Shown: in pieces, positions 60,855-64,000 of the stretch
Layout: every line of letters begins with the position of its first letter
Position numbering within the stretch: the stretch's first letter is position 1
From: Laetmonice hystrix
Taxonomy: Eukaryota
Assembly: GCA_965235115.1 (NCBI GenBank)
Contig: OZ249451.1
Location: 11,346,001-11,410,000 of the forward strand
Direction: 5' to 3'
DNA length: 64,000 bases
Notes under the pieces: generated by a model
Told to the model about the DNA's origin: nothing
The model's input: the letters and a program-made list of their open reading frames with translations, nothing else
Database searches by the model: none
Translations under genes and position numbers: made by a program

Positions 60855-63853
60855 CTATGGTACACCGAGCAAGGCGTCACCTGGCGGTTTGGTAGTCTGC
60901 ATGTCCGCTGAGAGGTCTTCTAGGGTTGCCATGGTAACCTGGCCTATATCTTCTACTTTAATATCTGCCAATCCGACGACGTCGATTGCCTGGATGTCCT
61001 TTGTGTCCTCTTCCTGAAATGGAGAAAAAATTATGTTTCAGTTTCTCAATGACGGGACTGCCCTACTAGCATCAGATTTGGTAACTACGATTTCTCCTGA
61101 CTCTCACTCAAAAAGTTGTGACTCCTGTTCTACCTGTTCCTGGTCCTTGCCGGGTATCCGCGCCTTGTAGTCAGCAAGCCGTCTGTGGAAGACGCACTGA
61201 GGCTGATCACCCAGGCAGACGGCTGGCCGCTTACATACTCCGTCTCCGTAACTACACGCCTGGTACAGCACTTGGTGCGGGTCGTTCAAAATGTCTACAA
61301 GCTCACGTCAAGGTCACACAACATCCCATTCTTAACATCATCTTAGACCTAAGGTTCTTCCATATTGACCTTGATATTGAAAACCATAAAATTTGACTGA
61401 CATTTTACTTTTCATCTCAGGATGTGGCACTGTCTTTTTGAGAGAGAAAGACCTGCAATTTCTGAGTTTACAACCAAATGAGAGAGAACTCAATCCTTCC
61501 AGATTTTAAAATTCATCCAGCAGAGATTCTGCAAGCAATAGTGATTACGATACTTGACCCCCAATGGTATGGGTTTAGTAATCACTGTTGTCAAGGATAC
61601 GGTGGAGACAATGTTTGGAGAGCGGCACTGTCCTGGCCCCACAGCGGATACCATCCTGACAATGGATACATTTTGGATAGACTGGTGGCCGGTAGTTGGG
61701 TCCCTCGGACACAGCAATCCGACGCTCCTTAGACTGTCTATGTAACAATGCTTCCTGTGGAGGTAAACCAACACTTTGTAAAACACGAGTGAGTAGTTGG
61801 TGTTTAACGCCCAGTCAGCAATATTTCAGCTATATCAGGGTGAGAACAAGGTAACTAACTCCGTCGACTACTACGCCACCCTGGACCCCTCATTGTAAAA
61901 CATATAAATGAGATGAGACTTTGAAAGGAACTGGACCTATAGTACACAAATTTGGGTGGGAATTAATGACTCTAGAGGTTCCAGTGTAGAAAGATGTTTT
62001 ATTCAACATTTACTATGTTTGTTGCAGAATGAGCTTGGTGGAGAGAAAATGAGGTCTGCTTTCTTACCTTGCCATATCGTCTGTGATATCGCTTCATTGC
62101 CACTAACTCGTCATAACCCTCGCGCTGCTCTGGGTCATCTTTGGCAGCGTGAATGCTTCCTAAAATGTTAGAAAAAAAAGAATCAAAATAAATGGGTACT
62201 GTTCACATTATGTTGGTGCCATGATTAAAAATGCCTTGATCATAATTTGATCGTTGTTTTTGTTACTGGAGTACTCCAAAGAAAGCTAAAAGAGTTTCAC
62301 ATTTTTAAAGGTGGTAGTACCTAAAGTTTCCCGCTCCATCTTGCCCGTATGAAGGTACTTGCGTCTCTTCTCTTTCATCATATGCTGGAGTCGTTTAAAC
62401 TGATCAATGTAGAGAGATTGCAGTCGTATCAACTTGTCTCGTGTTATGAGAGCCACTTCCTCAGCTGTGTATATTCCTGCATGCCTGTCAAATAAAACAG
62501 CCATATTGCCTTACATTCTTTCAACAACTGCTGTATTATTTCAAATATCAATACTAACAATTTTGGAAGGACTGCTTCAATCATTCAAGAACAGAATGCA
62601 TAAACTCACTTCAGAGAATCTTCTTGCTCACTATCAATACTCTCTGCGTCACTGTCTCCATCTCCGCGCCAAGCCTGGTCCACACCAATAGCTTCTGTCT
62701 CCGAATCACTTGAACTGGCATACTCTGAATGGGTAGAGGAACAACTTGACATTTACAAGGTTGGAATACTTGGAATTGAGTAAATTCAAATTCAGACCTT
62801 TTCTACAACTGTAATGATTGCATGTTAGTAATTCATCAAGAGATGAGACTTGGTTTTCTGCAATGTAGTCTGGAACTTATCGTCCCAAAACAGAATCATA
62901 AGCATTCGCAAATCAGTACAAGAAACAAGTTATCACCAAGAATTCTGTTTGTAATGCTCTCGATGCTTGGCCTCATTCGCTTCGTTTCACGTCCAATGTC
63001 ATCAACCTTTGTACCATAGTGCTCAATCTGCTCAAGTAGAGTCTCTGGGGTCTCACATGGACGCTTTTTTCTGTTGGCCTTCTGACGCATTGAGGCTGTT
63101 TTCCGGGCATGGACAGTACAATAGCTGAAAACAGGGAGAGCTTTTGATACTATCTCAAAATTCTCTAAAAGTTATTTTAAAATATGATAGCTAGGTTATG
63201 AAAATACTGGGTTTCAAGGCTTGTCTAGAGTATTCCAGTTTTGTGGGACACATTATTTTTCATCTTTTTATTTTCTAGTTATGCAGGCCTTGCCGTTTAA
63301 GGCAGGCAATGTTGCTTGCATGCTTAAAATCTGTAAAAGGGGTCATTACTAATACCCTGAGGGCCGAGGGGTGCCATTTTTGGTGCCCCTGACTTATTAT
63401 GACAGTCTCATTCCGACTACTCAGCATAAATTTATGACAGATCTGCTATATTGCATATTACGGAAATATTAAAGAAAAGAAATATTCTAGAAACAACTTC
63501 TAATCTAAATGTTCAAAAGAAAACCAGATGCTGCCATTATTAAAATCATTCTTCAGGTAGTCTTCATGTGGACTATAGCTTGAGAAGCAGGAAGTTATAC
63601 ATAATGCTATTTTTGTTGCTCACCCATCCTTTTTGTCAGATTTTGGAGCAGCGTTGGTACACCTCTTTCCACTCCTATTTGACATGTAGTTGCACTGTTT
63701 GAATGGTCCATTCTTGTCCTCAAGAACATGTCTCATACAATACTCGTATCCATCCAGACGAGGCTGCATGCAGGTCCGGTGGGCGTAGTTACAGAACAGC
63801 CCTTCAACTGGTATGCGTGGTCTCCGCAGAATCTGAGGCTTGGTTTTCATCAT
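60855..63853 (-). CDS. KANSL2: KAT8 regulatory NSL complex subunit 2 (8 coding exons, ~420 aa); an upstream non-coding exon probably lies beyond the window
   Basis: Minus-strand exons 63853-63624, 63124-62937, 62724-62610, 62484-62321, 62159-62068, 61754-61601, 61294-61134, 61013-60855 (1263 nt). Motifs [100 protein letters not shown]. Acceptor at 63880-63881 precedes the ATG. Confidence 0.95.
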
Positions 63854-64000
63854 TGCACTAGGTTTGCTTTTGCAGTAATCTGTAAGGTAGAAATTCATAT
63901 ATTACCAAGCCTAATACATTATACTGTGAGATTTTTGATAAAAACAAAACAAAGGACAAACATAATGTGAGATTTTTATAAATGCAGTTTTTAGAACTTT

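Noticed and set aside
61788-61885. Short SINE-like segment (GAGTGAGTAGTTGGTGTTTAACGCCCAGTCAGCAATATTTCAGCTATATCAGGG) in a KANSL2 intron
   Set aside because: It resembles dispersed repeats I recall from marine invertebrates, but there is one copy here with no clear pol III A/B boxes, so no family or taxon call can be supported.
61295-63623. Intronic H/ACA snoRNAs, since vertebrate KANSL2 hosts SNORA2-family RNAs
   Set aside because: No clear two-hairpin H/ACA layout was visible by eye; needs an Infernal/Rfam search.

Overview
Eukaryotic genomic DNA, apparently from a marine invertebrate bilaterian; the taxon cannot be fixed from the sequence. No prokaryotic system is visible. I assembled seven spliced genes by hand from GT-AG sites and frame continuity: (1) + an orphan type-I membrane protein with signal peptide, an ectodomain of only ~7 residues, TM, SAM-like domain, death domain and PDZ-type C-terminus (165-9220); (2) - a divergent two-exon TGF-beta/BMP ligand lacking the canonical interchain cysteine (12833-17717); (3) + a ZnT2/3/8-type zinc transporter (24060-27748); (4,5) + two tandem paralogous double C-type-lectin-domain membrane receptors with identical exon layout but very different tails (29280-33241, 37260-42562); (6) + uridine phosphorylase with two intact, equal-length copies of the active-site exon, probably mutually exclusive (47941-59107); (7) - KANSL2 (60855-63853). 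Non-coding DNA holds TTAA-flanked MITEs, fold-back elements, Harbinger and LINE remnants, minisatellites (two with dimeric higher-order structure, one an ETS-motif array) and one assembly gap. Best leads: the duplicated UPP exon, the ectodomain-less SAM+death-domain protein, the Cys-shifted TGF-beta ligand and the lectin-receptor pair. Coordinates and counts are by eye; no database searches were run, so novelty is unverified.
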